Assembly: GCA_016223045.1 (NCBI GenBank)
Contig: JACRPT010000004.1
Location: 2,899-66,898, forward strand
Direction: 5' to 3'
DNA length: 64,000 nucleotides
DNA from: Candidatus Eiseniibacteriota bacterium
GTDB lineage: Bacteria > Eisenbacteria > RBG-16-71-46
Position 1 is the stretch's first letter. Each line of letters begins with the position of its first letter. Of this stretch, positions 19,678 to 29,094 are shown one piece after another. The position numbers and the translations under genes were made by a program. The notes beneath the pieces are model-generated. The model searched no databases, was not told where the DNA came from, and saw only the letters and a program-made list of their open reading frames with translations.

Positions 19678-21105
19678 ATCCGACTTCGCTCCCGTCTGCT
19701 TCGCGCCGTCCGGCTGGGCCTGGCCCTCGCCGCGGTCCTCGCGCCCGCGGGCTGCTCGAAGAAGGTGCGGCCGGTGACCGCGCCGCTCGCAGCCGGCCCG
19801 CCGCCGCAGGTGGCCGCGGTCTCGCCGGCTCCACGCGCCACCTTCGTGCTCTATGACTCGACCGCGATCTGGGCCGAGTTCGCGGCCCCGCTCGACTCCA
19901 CCTCGGTCAGCACGCTCAACGTCTATCTCAAGGTGGACACGCGCCGGCTGCCGGTGGCGGTGAGCTGGGAGGCGGCGCGGCGGCGGGTCCACGTCGCGCC
20001 GCTCGTGGTGCTCGACCTCAACCAGACCTACACGGTCGAGCTTTCGCCGAACCTCAGCACCGCTGGCGGCACGCCGCTCGGGCAGAAGTACTCCTGGCAG
20101 TTCACCACGAACAGCCTGCGCCGGCCGACCTCGCCCGCCCCGGCGTCCGGGGCGTCGGGGGAGTCGCCGTTCGCGCCGCTCAAGTGGGGGGGCAACGAGG
20201 CCATCGCTGGATCGGTGAGCTACGAGGTCTTCGCCGGCGACGACTCGGCTGCGGTGGCCGAGCGCCGCGTCCCGCTGCTCACCTCGGGAGCGGCCGCCAT
20301 CTTCGTGCCGCGGACCCGCTGGACGCAGGACGCCACGACCTGGTGGGCGGTGACGGTGGTCAACCTGGCCACGCACGAGCAGCTGCGGGGTCCGGCCTGG
20401 CGCTTCAGCGTGCTCGCCGCGTCCACGCCCGTGGACTCCGTGGCCGCGGTGAGCCTGTTCGCCGGGTACGCGTACCTCGACAACGGGCGCAGCCGTGCCT
20501 CCTGCGGCGCCGACCAGTTCTCCTGCGGCCCCGCCATGAACACCGGCGCGCGCTGGGACTTCGGCGCGTTCCCGCCCACGGCGAAGCTCGCGGGGGCGCG
20601 ACTGGAGCTGCGGGCCTATCCCGGATACGAGGACACGCTGGCGCAGGCCACCGTGACCGCGTGGGTCGCGCTCGCGAGCTGGCTGTGCACCCAGACGGCC
20701 GTCGGCGGGGTTCCGCTTACCGACGAGCGGAACGGCCGGCTGGCGACCGGCACGCTGGTCGAGCCGGGGCACCTGCGCCTGGAGTCGGATGAGCTCGCCG
20801 CGCACCTGCAGGCCACCATCCGCTACGCGACGTTCTACGGCTACGTGCTGCGCGCGAGCCGCGCGGTCCGCTTCGCCTCGCCGATCTACCCGGACGTGGG
20901 CCTGCGCCCGCTGCTCAGGCTCTACTTCTATCGGAGCGGCGGGCCGGCGCCCGTTGCCGCCGCGGCGGGCAGCCGGGCCGGCGCGGCGGCGCGGGTCCGG
21001 ATGTCCCCGCGTGTGCCGAACGGCGCACCCGCGGCGCCATCAAGCCGCGGACAAATCTCCGGCGGCGGACGATTGCGGCTTGACGCCGCGGCGCCGAGCC
21101 GCTGA
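19678..21105 (+). CDS. Hypothetical lipoprotein. The proposed 5' end uses a non-canonical ATC start; the track ORF starts at GTG 19765
   Basis: The in-frame extension upstream of GTG 19765 encodes a textbook lipoprotein signal peptide (RLRSRLLRAVRLGLALAAVLAPAGC). It has no ATG, GTG or TTG. GAGGAG lies 7 nt upstream of ATC 19678. Confidence 0.45.
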   Translation: MRLRSRLLRAVRLGLALAAVLAPAGCSKKVRPVTAPLAAGPPPQVAAVSPAPRATFVLYDSTAIWAEFAAPLDSTSVSTLNVYLKVDTRRLPVAVSWEAARRRVHVAPLVVLDLNQTYTVELSPNLSTAGGTPLGQKYSWQFTTNSLRRPTSPAPASGASGESPFAPLKWGGNEAIAGSVSYEVFAGDDSAAVAERRVPLLTSGAAAIFVPRTRWTQDATTWWAVTVVNLATHEQLRGPAWRFSVLAASTPVDSVAAVSLFAGYAYLDNGRSRASCGADQFSCGPAMNTGARWDFGAFPPTAKLAGARLELRAYPGYEDTLAQATVTAWVALASWLCTQTAVGGVPLTDERNGRLATGTLVEPGHLRLESDELAAHLQATIRYATFYGYVLRASRAVRFASPIYPDVGLRPLLRLYFYRSGGPAPVAAAAGSRAGAAARVRMSPRVPNGAPAAPSSRGQISGGGRLRLDAAAPSR

Positions 21106-21115
21106 ACTCCGCCCG

Positions 21116-22348
21116 ATGCGCCCACGCCCGCACGACCGCGCCATCCCGACCCGCCTGGTCCCGCTCCTGATCGGTCTCCTGGCCGCGGCGCTGGCGTCCG
21201 CGCCGGCGCGCGCGCAGGGCGTGCGCCCGTGGACGCCGCCCTCGGCCGACTCGCTCATCGCCTGGGCCGCCGAGGCGAAGGCGCGCTTCCACCAGAACGC
21301 GGGCGACAGCGCGGGCGGCTCCAACTACCGCGCCTACGAGCTGGTCGGGTTGATGGGTCGCCGCGTGCTGCGCTCGCTCGGGCGCGGGAACCTGGTCCAG
21401 GCGCCGGCGATCAAGCCGGTGCTCGATTCGCTCGGCGTCCAGACCGAGGTGGCGGTGGATCCCGCCGCGCCCTCGTTCGTGCTGCTCATGGTGCGCAACC
21501 CGTTCCAGTACATCGCCGACGCCGTGGGCTTCCTCTACTGGTACCGGGGCGACGACTTCCGCATCCAGGGCGCGGTCTTCCGGGGCGGGCATCACCCGAA
21601 GATCCGCGTGTGGTGGAGCGGCAACCCGCAGTACCCCTACGAGTGGGGCGTGGTGGACGAGACCCGCGGGGGTGCGCTGCGCTTCACGCTGTTCCGGCTG
21701 AGCCCGAGCGGCGGCTGGTGGGACCTGGCGCAGGACGAGGACCGCTTCCCGGTGCTGAGCGAGCCGGGCGAGGCGGTGTGGGCCGACCTCAACAACGACG
21801 GCCGGCCGGAGCTGGTGAGCTGGACGCGCGGGCGCACCGACTCGCTCTTCATCGAATGCTCGGACTGCCCGCGGCTCCTGACCGAGCGCGTGTTCACCGA
21901 GGGCCGCGCCGGCTTCGAACTGCATGACCAGCGCCTGCTGCCCTCGCCCTACGCCACGCTGGTCTACTTCGTGCGGCTGCTGGCCGACCGGAACCTCACC
22001 GCCGCCGGCAGGCTGCTGCGCGACCCGGCGAAGGTGCAGGACGCGCTGGCCCTCGGCTGGGGCGCGAAGCAGGGCAAGGGCGCCTGGACCGTGGAGTACG
22101 GCGAGAGCGGCCAGCCCTGGCCGCGCTGGCTCGAGGTGCGCTTCGACGGCCCGCAGGGCGTCAAGCGCTACGTCATCCACTTCGGCGTGCGCGACGGGCA
22201 CTGGATCATCGAGGACTGGATCGAGCCGCGGCGCCCGAGCACTCCCGGCGGCGTCCCCGGGCCGCCGGCGCCCGCGAAGGCGACGCCCGCGCGGAAGGCG
22301 CCGGCGAAGCCGGGGTCGGCGCCGCAGGCCCCGACGAGGACGAGGTGA
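21116..22348 (+). CDS. Exported hypothetical protein, paralog A (signal peptide; ECSDCP motif)
   Basis: ATG at 21116 followed by MRPRPHDRAIPTRLVPLLIGLLAAALASAPARA. Full-length similarity to the downstream gene. Confidence 0.55.
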   Translation: MRPRPHDRAIPTRLVPLLIGLLAAALASAPARAQGVRPWTPPSADSLIAWAAEAKARFHQNAGDSAGGSNYRAYELVGLMGRRVLRSLGRGNLVQAPAIKPVLDSLGVQTEVAVDPAAPSFVLLMVRNPFQYIADAVGFLYWYRGDDFRIQGAVFRGGHHPKIRVWWSGNPQYPYEWGVVDETRGGALRFTLFRLSPSGGWWDLAQDEDRFPVLSEPGEAVWADLNNDGRPELVSWTRGRTDSLFIECSDCPRLLTERVFTEGRAGFELHDQRLLPSPYATLVYFVRLLADRNLTAAGRLLRDPAKVQDALALGWGAKQGKGAWTVEYGESGQPWPRWLEVRFDGPQGVKRYVIHFGVRDGHWIIEDWIEPRRPSTPGGVPGPPAPAKATPARKAPAKPGSAPQAPTRTR

Positions 22349-22414
22349 CCTCGTGAGGCGGCCGCGCGAAGCAGGTCTCGATGGAGCAGGCGCCGGGGAA
22401 GACGAGGTGAGCGC

Positions 22415-23494
22415 ATGAAACGGCCGCGCCCTCTCGCCATCCTGCTCGCGCTGGCGCTGCTCGCCGGCTGCCAGCGGCAACCGCGCTTCGTCCCGGCCGC
22501 GGCCGACTCGAGCGCCGTACCGGTGGACTCCCTCGCCATCGCGGTGCGGACGATCGCGCAGCGCTGGGACGCCGGCGAGGGGGAGGAGGCCGCGCGCCTC
22601 ACCGCGCGGCTGGTGCTCTCCGACCTGCGCATGCGCCTCAAGGACGAGCCGCGCGCCTCGTGGGAGGAGCGCGCCCGCGCGCTGCTCGACTCGCTCGACG
22701 CGGGCGTCGAGGTGGCGAGCGCGCCGTGCGCCATGGTGGTGGACCTGTTCGCGCGCTCGAACCCCGAGGCCGGCTCGTGGCCGTGGCTCTACTGGTGCAG
22801 CGGGAGCGAGATCCTGGCCCAGCCCATCGAGGGGAACGGCATGAACGTGCTCGGGATGGCATCGCGCGGCCTGTTCGGCGCGTCCTCGACCGCACCGCCG
22901 CAGGTCCCCGAGGGGATCGCGGTGCTCTACGGGCGGCGCGCCGCCGGCGGCCAGCAGCCGGTGCTCATGGCGTGGCGCGCCGCGCGCGGCGACCGCTGGG
23001 AGCTGGCGCAGACGCTCGGCCCTGATTCGCTGGGCGGCGTCGGCGCGGGCGAATTCCGCGCCGTGGACGACACCACGGTCGAGCTCGCGACGCGCACCTG
23101 GAAGGCCGCTCGCGGCTTCGACGAGTGCGCCACCTGCCCGCACGTGTTCGCCTCGCACCGGTTCCGCTGGGGACTCGCCGGCTTCGAGCGCGTCGAGGAC
23201 CGCGTGAGGCCCGCGCCCTACGCGACGTTCGTCCAGCTCATCCAGGCCATGACCGCGGGCGACCGCGAGAGCGCGCTGCGGCTCGTCAGCGATGGCGCGG
23301 TGCTCGAGCAGGCGCGCCGCGCCGAGTGGAACCTGGTCCGGGGCCCGTGGCGCGCCGCGCCCGCGGCCGATGAGACCCCGCACGAGATGGTGTTCTTCCG
23401 CGGCACCACCGAAGCCTGGAAGGTGCGCTTCGACCGGCGCGGCGAGGAGTGGATGGTGGCCGGGCTCTCGCCCACCACACGGGCGATCGAGTAG
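22415..23494 (+). CDS. Hypothetical lipoprotein, paralog B (LLAGC lipobox; ECATCP motif)
   Basis: MKRPRPLAILLALALLAGC. Blocks shared with paralog A: (V/L)LDSL..VEVA, TR.....F.EC..CP, PYAT(L/F)V. Confidence 0.6.
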   Translation: MKRPRPLAILLALALLAGCQRQPRFVPAAADSSAVPVDSLAIAVRTIAQRWDAGEGEEAARLTARLVLSDLRMRLKDEPRASWEERARALLDSLDAGVEVASAPCAMVVDLFARSNPEAGSWPWLYWCSGSEILAQPIEGNGMNVLGMASRGLFGASSTAPPQVPEGIAVLYGRRAAGGQQPVLMAWRAARGDRWELAQTLGPDSLGGVGAGEFRAVDDTTVELATRTWKAARGFDECATCPHVFASHRFRWGLAGFERVEDRVRPAPYATFVQLIQAMTAGDRESALRLVSDGAVLEQARRAEWNLVRGPWRAAPAADETPHEMVFFRGTTEAWKVRFDRRGEEWMVAGLSPTTRAIE

Positions 23495-23550
23495 CGGGGG
23501 CGCCCGCACCCCGTCGTCCACCTCGCGGCGCGCCTGCGCCGATGCCCCGG

Positions 23551-24048
23551 TCAGTTCCTCGCCCTGGCCACCCAGCGGGGGGCCGAATCGGTGGCCTGCC
23601 GGAGGATCAGGTTGAGCTGTGCGGCGTGGTGCTGCACGTGGCGCATGTTGTAGAGCAGCAGCTCGGCGACGCTGCCCTCGATTGATCCGAACCTGCGGCG
23701 TTCACCGGCTTTCCCTCCCGTCAAAGCCTCGATCGTCGCCCTGCACTTCCCGCGGCCGTGCTTGAGATAGGTGCAGAGCTCCTCCTTCGTGTATGGCCGT
23801 TCGGGCAGCAGCCCCGCCGGATCCAGCTCGTCGAGCGTGAAGGGTGGCGGTGGCGCGAATCCCTCGGCCGAGTCCGACAGGTAGAGGTCGAGGAAGAAGA
23901 GCGTGTGGAAGACCAGGTGCCAGAACTCCGGTCGCCGCGAGCGATCGCTCCACAGCCCGTCGGGACAGGCGAGTATGGCGCTCTCGAGCATGTCGATGGC
24001 GGCCCCGAACTGCCGCCAGAGGGCTGCCTGCCAGGTGGTGGTCATCTC
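23551..24048 (-). CDS. DinB/YfiT-like (DinB_2) family protein
   Basis: Start at the internal ATG (MTTTWQAALW...). Has the His-rich four-helix-bundle pattern of DinB-like proteins (H..F..L, HVQHHAAQL). Confidence 0.6.
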   Translation of the reverse strand, partial: EMTTTWQAALWRQFGAAIDMLESAILACPDGLWSDRSRRPEFWHLVFHTLFFLDLYLSDSAEGFAPPPPFTLDELDPAGLLPERPYTKEELCTYLKHGRGKCRATIEALTGGKAGERRRFGSIEGSVAELLLYNMRHVQHHAAQLNLILRQATDSAPRWVARARN

Positions 24049-24094
24049 GGGACTCCGGACTTGGGTGGATTCCTCATTCCGCACGTCTGGCAGA

Positions 24095-25342
24095 TCACGC
24101 CGACTCCCATAGGGCACGCACCGGCACGGCGTGCAGCCCATCGCCGAAGCTCGCGCTGGTCTCCCCGTCATAGAGCACCACGCCTCCGGCAAAGCGCCTG
24201 CCCGCCGCATCCTTGAGCTTGCGCAATCCCCGGAAGTCCGCCGCGGTCACGGTGGCCGCAGCCTTGACCTCCACGCCTGCCAGCGCGCGCGGGCCGCGTT
24301 CGATGACGATGTCAACCTCCGCGCCGTCCTTGTCGCGGTAGTGATAGAACGAGAAGGGCTCGTCATGCCAGCTCGCCTGTCGGCGCAGCTCCTGGAACAC
24401 GAAGGTCTCGAGAAGCTGACCCAGCAGGGGCCGATCCCCCGCGAGCGCGGCGGCATCCACCCCGAGCAGCGCACAGGCGAGTCCGGCGTCACCGAGGTGC
24501 AGCTTCGGCGTCTTGACGAGCCGGCTCAGGCGGTTGCTGTGCCAGGGTGCCAGCCTCTCCAACAGGAACACGCGCTCGAGAAGCGTGACGTAGTCGCGGA
24601 TCGTCGGCCGGCTGAGCTGGAAGGGCGCGGCCAGATCGGTCACGTTGAGCAGCCGCGCCGTGTGCGCCGCGGCGAGCCCGAGCAGCCGCGGAAGTGCGTC
24701 GAGCGAGCCGATGCGGGCCAGATCGCGGACATCGCGCTGGACCAGCGCGTCGAGGTAGTCGCGGTACCACGCAGTGCGCCGTCGTCCGGCCGGCCGCGCC
24801 AGCGCTGCCGGATACCCACCCGCGGCGATCCGTTCGGCGAGCTGGCCGGACAGCCGCTCGGTCCGCCGGGTCTTGAAGCCGCCCTCGAACAGGGCGTCCA
24901 GGAAGCGCGGCGGGCGCCTCACCAGCTCGCACTGTGCCAGCGGGTGCAACCGCAGGATCTCCATGCGACCCGCCAGCGAGTCCGCGAGCTTCGGCACCAG
25001 CAGCACGTTGGACGAGCCGGTCAGCATGAAGCGACCCGCCGCGCGCTTGCGGTCCACCGCAGTCTTCAACGCGGTGAAGAGCGCCGGCACGCGCTGCACT
25101 TCGTCCAGGATCGCCCGCTCCGGCAGATCGGCGACGAAGCCCATGGAATCCGCCTCGGCTGCGCCTCGCGCGACGTCGTCGTCGAAACTCACGTAGGTGT
25201 AGCCCCTGGGATCGCCCACCATGCGGGCGAGCGTGGTCTTGCCGCATTGGCGCGGGCCGTGGATCAGCACGACCGGCGAATCGGCCAGCGCCTCGGTCAG
25301 GCGCGGCCCGGCGTAGCGCGGGTAGAAGGGGGTCTCAGGCAC
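24095..25342 (-). CDS. AAA-family ATPase with DUF4143 (COG1373-like)
   Basis: Walker A GPRQCGKTT, Walker B-like ILDEVQ, and a C-terminal DUF4143-like region. The 5' end is uncertain. A GTG near 25342 is proposed because no ATG is available. Confidence 0.65.
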   Translation of the reverse strand: MPETPFYPRYAGPRLTEALADSPVVLIHGPRQCGKTTLARMVGDPRGYTYVSFDDDVARGAAEADSMGFVADLPERAILDEVQRVPALFTALKTAVDRKRAAGRFMLTGSSNVLLVPKLADSLAGRMEILRLHPLAQCELVRRPPRFLDALFEGGFKTRRTERLSGQLAERIAAGGYPAALARPAGRRRTAWYRDYLDALVQRDVRDLARIGSLDALPRLLGLAAAHTARLLNVTDLAAPFQLSRPTIRDYVTLLERVFLLERLAPWHSNRLSRLVKTPKLHLGDAGLACALLGVDAAALAGDRPLLGQLLETFVFQELRRQASWHDEPFSFYHYRDKDGAEVDIVIERGPRALAGVEVKAAATVTAADFRGLRKLKDAAGRRFAGGVVLYDGETSASFGDGLHAVPVRALWESA

Positions 25343-25434
25343 CGGCCGATCGTAATCCCTGCGTCCGGCCAATCGCAAGGTTGAGGTTCGGCCAATCGAA
25401 AGGATCGTGGTCGGCCGATCGCAAGGCGAGGTTC
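25341..25434. repeat. Four tandem direct repeats of about 23.5 bp with the core CGGCC(A/G)ATCG(Y/A)AAGG
   Basis: ccggccgatcgtaatcc / ccggccaatcgcaagg / cggccaatcgaaagg / cggccgatcgcaagg, at a regular spacing of about 23-24 bp. They sit at or overlap the 5' end of the ATPase gene. Confidence 0.55.
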
Positions 25435-25862
25435 CCGGCGACTTGCAGCCGCGCGGGCGGTGAAGGCCGTCGCGGGCGCCCCGCGAGGCGGCGGCGCGAC
25501 GAGGGGGTCGGTCGTCAGATGACCTCCCAAGAACCGCTCGGCCCCCTTCACCAGCAGCTCTCAGGAGATGAGCCTGGCAGCAGCGCGTCGCGCGGGATGG
25601 CGCGGGCAGGGGATCCATGGATGTTCGCGAGGCCACGCTGGATCAGCGGGCGGGATGCACCCATCCCAGAGTGATCCACACAAGCCAAACTGCGCCACGT
25701 CTCGCGGAGCTCCGAGCATCCACGCACCCGCGGTATCCCACTCCGCCGCTTTTCGCTTCGGCGCCGCCCGCGCCGCGCGCTATACTGCGGCCCTCCCGGC
25801 GACCCGAGCACCCCCGCATCCCTCTTCGCGGGCCGCACAGCGCGGCCCGACAGGTCCCACGC

Positions 25863-28334
25863 ATGCACTCGCGACCCACCCGCTTCCTCGAGGGGCCGCC
25901 CGGCCCTGCCGACGCCGGCTCGCTCGCCGCCTGGATCGCCGACCTCGCGCATCGTCCCGAGAACCGCGGCGCGCTCGCGCACTGGGAGACGCTGCCTGCG
26001 CGTCCCGCGCGCTGCGGCGAGCTGTCGTTCCCGCTGCCCTCGGCGCTCGCCGAGGCGCTGGCCGCGCGCGGCATCGAGCGGCTCTACACGCACCAGGTGC
26101 AGGCCATCGAGGCGCTGCGCGGCGGGCTCGACACGGTGGTGGTGACCGGCACGGCGAGCGGCAAGAGCCTGTGCTACCACGTGCCGGTGCTGGAGACGCT
26201 GCTGGTCGAGCCGGGCGCGACCGCGCTCTACCTGTTCCCGACCAAGGCGCTGGCGCAGGACCAGCTCAAAGGTCTGGTGCGGCTCGCCTCCGGGCATCCC
26301 GATGTGCTGAAGCGCCTGGTTGCGGGCGTCTACGACGGCGACACGCAGCCGGCGACGCGCCGCAAGCTCAGAGACGGCGCGAACCTCATCCTCTCCAACC
26401 CCGACATGCTGCACCAGGGCATCCTGCCCTACCACCCCAAGTGGGCGCGCTTCCTGCGCGCGCTGCGCTACGTGGTGGTGGACGAGATCCACGCCTACCG
26501 CGGCATCTTCGGCTCGCACGTGGCGAACGTGCTGCGCCGGCTCGAGCGCGTGGTGCGCCACCTGGGCGGTGACGCCCGCTTCGTGATGTGCAGCGCCACC
26601 ATCCGCAACCCGCAGGAGCTGGCCGAGCGGCTGACCGGCCGCGCGGTGACGGTGGTGGACGACGACGGCTCGCCGCGCGGCGAGAAGCACTTCGTGTTCT
26701 GGAACCCGCCGCACACCGACGGCGCGCGCGTGGAGCGCCGCTCCTCGAACGTCGAGGGCTGCGACCTGCTGACCGGTCTGATCGAGCGCGGCGCGCAGGC
26801 GCTGGTGTTCACCAAGTCGCGCGTCGCGGCCGAGCTGGTCTACCGCTACGCGCGCGAGCGGCTGGAGCGCGTGCGGCCGGGGCTCGGGGAGGCGATCCGC
26901 CCGTACCGCGGCGGCTACCTGCCGGAGGAGCGCAGGAAGATCGAGCAGGCGCTGTTCTCGGGCGAGCTGCGCGGCGTGGTGAGCACCAACGCGCTCGAGC
27001 TGGGCGTGGACATCGGCGGGCTCGACGCGGTGGTGATGATCGGCGCGCCGCCGACGCTCGCCAGCCTGTGGCAGCAGGCCGGGCGCGCCGGGCGCGGGCC
27101 CCGCCGGGCGCCCGGCGGCGCGGAGGCCGGGGCGGGTCCCCGCTCCGCGCCCGGTGACGCGGCCGCCGAAGCGGGTTCCCGCCCCGGGGAGGTCGCGCCC
27201 GCGCTGGCGGTGCTGGTGGCCTACAACGAGACGGTGGACCAGTACCTGATGCGCCACCCCGGCTACTTCTTCGGGCGCTCGCCCGAAGCGGCGGTGATCG
27301 ATCCGCACAACCCCTACATCCTGGCGCAGCAGCTGGCGTGCGCGGCCTACGAGCTGCCGCTCGAGGTGGACGACGCGGTGACCTTCGGTCCGCAGGCCGC
27401 CGCGATCCTCGCCGCGCTCGAGCAGGCAGGGGAGATGCGCGCGATCGATGGGCGCGCCTACTGGGCGCAGACCGAGTTCCCGGCCGCGCGCGTCAACCTG
27501 CGCACCATCTCGGACAACACCTACACCATCATGAACGCCGCCGCCGACAACGCGGTGATCGGCACGGTGGACGCGATCAGCGCGCTCGAGCTGGTCTATC
27601 CCGAGGCGATCTACCTGCACGAGGGCGAGACCTGGTTCGTGAAGAGCCTGGACCTGGAGCAGAAGACGGCCTGCGTCGAACCGCGCCGGGTGGACTACTA
27701 CACGTCACCCGTGCTCGACACTTCGATCCGGGTGCGCGGCACGCTGGAGAGCCGCGCCTGGCGCGGCGAGCAGGTGACGCTCGGCGAGCTGACCTACTCG
27801 TGGCAGACCGTGGCGATGAAGAAGGTGAGGTTCCACTCCTTGGACGCCATCGGCTACCACCCGCTCGATCTGCCGCGGCTCACCCTCGACACCGCCGGCT
27901 TCTGGCTCGCGCCCGGCGAAGCGGCGTGGAGCGCGGTGGCGCGCCGCGGCCTCAACCCGGTCGAAGGCCTGATGGGCGTGCGCAACCTGTTCATGACCCT
28001 GCTCGCCATGCTCAGCATGTGCGACCCGGCGGACCTGGGCGGCAAGCTCGACTCGTCGAACCTGGGCCGCCCGGCGCTGTTCATGTTCGACCGCTATCCC
28101 GGCGGGCTCGGCTTCTGCGAGCAGGGCTACGCCCGCCTCGACGAGCTGGCCACCGCGGCGCTCGAACACCTCGAAGCCTGCGACTGCGAGTCCGGCTGCC
28201 CGGCCTGCGTCGGGCTGCCGACGCTATGGCCCGCCCAGCAGCAGGACCCCGACCTGATGCACGGACGCGAGATCCCGGGCAAGGAAGCGGCGCGCGTGCT
28301 GCTCCGCCACTGGCTCGCGAGCGAGGACCGATGA
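25863..28334 (+). CDS. DEAD/DEAH-box (DExH) helicase with a C-terminal DUF1998 Cys4 domain (MrfA/YprA-like)
   Basis: Walker A GTASGKS, a DExH box (VVVDEIHAY), helicase C-terminal motifs, and the C-terminal CDCESGCPACV cluster. Start at the internal ATG 25863. The upstream part of the track ORF is junk. Confidence 0.8.
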   Translation: MHSRPTRFLEGPPGPADAGSLAAWIADLAHRPENRGALAHWETLPARPARCGELSFPLPSALAEALAARGIERLYTHQVQAIEALRGGLDTVVVTGTASGKSLCYHVPVLETLLVEPGATALYLFPTKALAQDQLKGLVRLASGHPDVLKRLVAGVYDGDTQPATRRKLRDGANLILSNPDMLHQGILPYHPKWARFLRALRYVVVDEIHAYRGIFGSHVANVLRRLERVVRHLGGDARFVMCSATIRNPQELAERLTGRAVTVVDDDGSPRGEKHFVFWNPPHTDGARVERRSSNVEGCDLLTGLIERGAQALVFTKSRVAAELVYRYARERLERVRPGLGEAIRPYRGGYLPEERRKIEQALFSGELRGVVSTNALELGVDIGGLDAVVMIGAPPTLASLWQQAGRAGRGPRRAPGGAEAGAGPRSAPGDAAAEAGSRPGEVAPALAVLVAYNETVDQYLMRHPGYFFGRSPEAAVIDPHNPYILAQQLACAAYELPLEVDDAVTFGPQAAAILAALEQAGEMRAIDGRAYWAQTEFPAARVNLRTISDNTYTIMNAAADNAVIGTVDAISALELVYPEAIYLHEGETWFVKSLDLEQKTACVEPRRVDYYTSPVLDTSIRVRGTLESRAWRGEQVTLGELTYSWQTVAMKKVRFHSLDAIGYHPLDLPRLTLDTAGFWLAPGEAAWSAVARRGLNPVEGLMGVRNLFMTLLAMLSMCDPADLGGKLDSSNLGRPALFMFDRYPGGLGFCEQGYARLDELATAALEHLEACDCESGCPACVGLPTLWPAQQQDPDLMHGREIPGKEAARVLLRHWLASEDR

Positions 28335-29094
28335 CCACATCCGAATGGCCCGTCGCCTTCTTCGACGACGACTACCTGAAGATCTACCGCCCGATGTTCT
28401 CGCCCGAGGTCACCGGGCGCGAGGTCGCCTTCATCGAGTCGGCGCTGGCGCCGCCCGCGGGCGGCGCGCTGCTCGACCTGGCCTGCGGCTACGGCCGCCA
28501 CGCCATCGGTCTCGCCGGGCGCGGCTACCGCGTGACCGGCGTGGACTTCAACCCGCGCTACCTGGCGGTCGCCGGGCAGGACGCGGCCGCGGCCGGCGCC
28601 GCCGTCACCTGGACGCAGGGCGACATGCGCGAGCTGGCCTTCGACCGGGCGTTCGACGGCGTGTACTCCTACTTCACCTCGTTCGGGTACTTCTCGGACG
28701 CCGAGAACGAGCGCGTCATCGCCGGCGTGGCGCGCGCGCTCAAGAGCGGCGGGCGCTTCCTCCTGGACATGACGAACCGCGACTGGATCCTCACCCACCC
28801 GCAGCAGCGCATCTGGAACCAGCTCGCGGACGGCTCGCTGCTCATGGAGGAGGTCTCGCTCGACCTGGTCCGCTCGCTGGTGATCACGCGCCAGATCCAC
28901 ATCGCCCCGGCGGGCGGCACGCGGCTGACCAAGGAGTACCAGTTGCGCGCCTACACCTGCGCCGAGCTGACCGCGCTGTTCGCGCGCCACGGGCTCGCGG
29001 TGCGCGAGGCGTGGGGCGGCGCCGACCGCAGCGCGTACTCCACCGAGAGCCGCCGCCTGGTGCTGCTCGCGGTGCGCGAGGGCGGCGATGGCTG
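28331..29094 (+). CDS. Class I SAM-dependent methyltransferase (type 11/12-like)
   Basis: Motif I LDLACGYGRH and the post-I acidic residue (VDF). There is no DPPY or PC motif, so it is probably not a DNA methyltransferase. Its ATG overlaps the helicase stop (ATGA). Confidence 0.75.

Noticed and set aside
20915-23521. 868-aa ORF on the - strand
   Set aside because: Antisense to three + strand exported-protein genes. No domain signatures, and Arg/Gly/Ala/Pro-dominated.
25548-27620. 690-aa ORF on the - strand and other long antisense ORFs (33322-35484, 36007-37614, 17002-19179, 8730-10115)
   Set aside because: High-GC antisense artefacts overlapping well-supported sense genes (helicase, symporter, membrane protein, lipoprotein, nnr).
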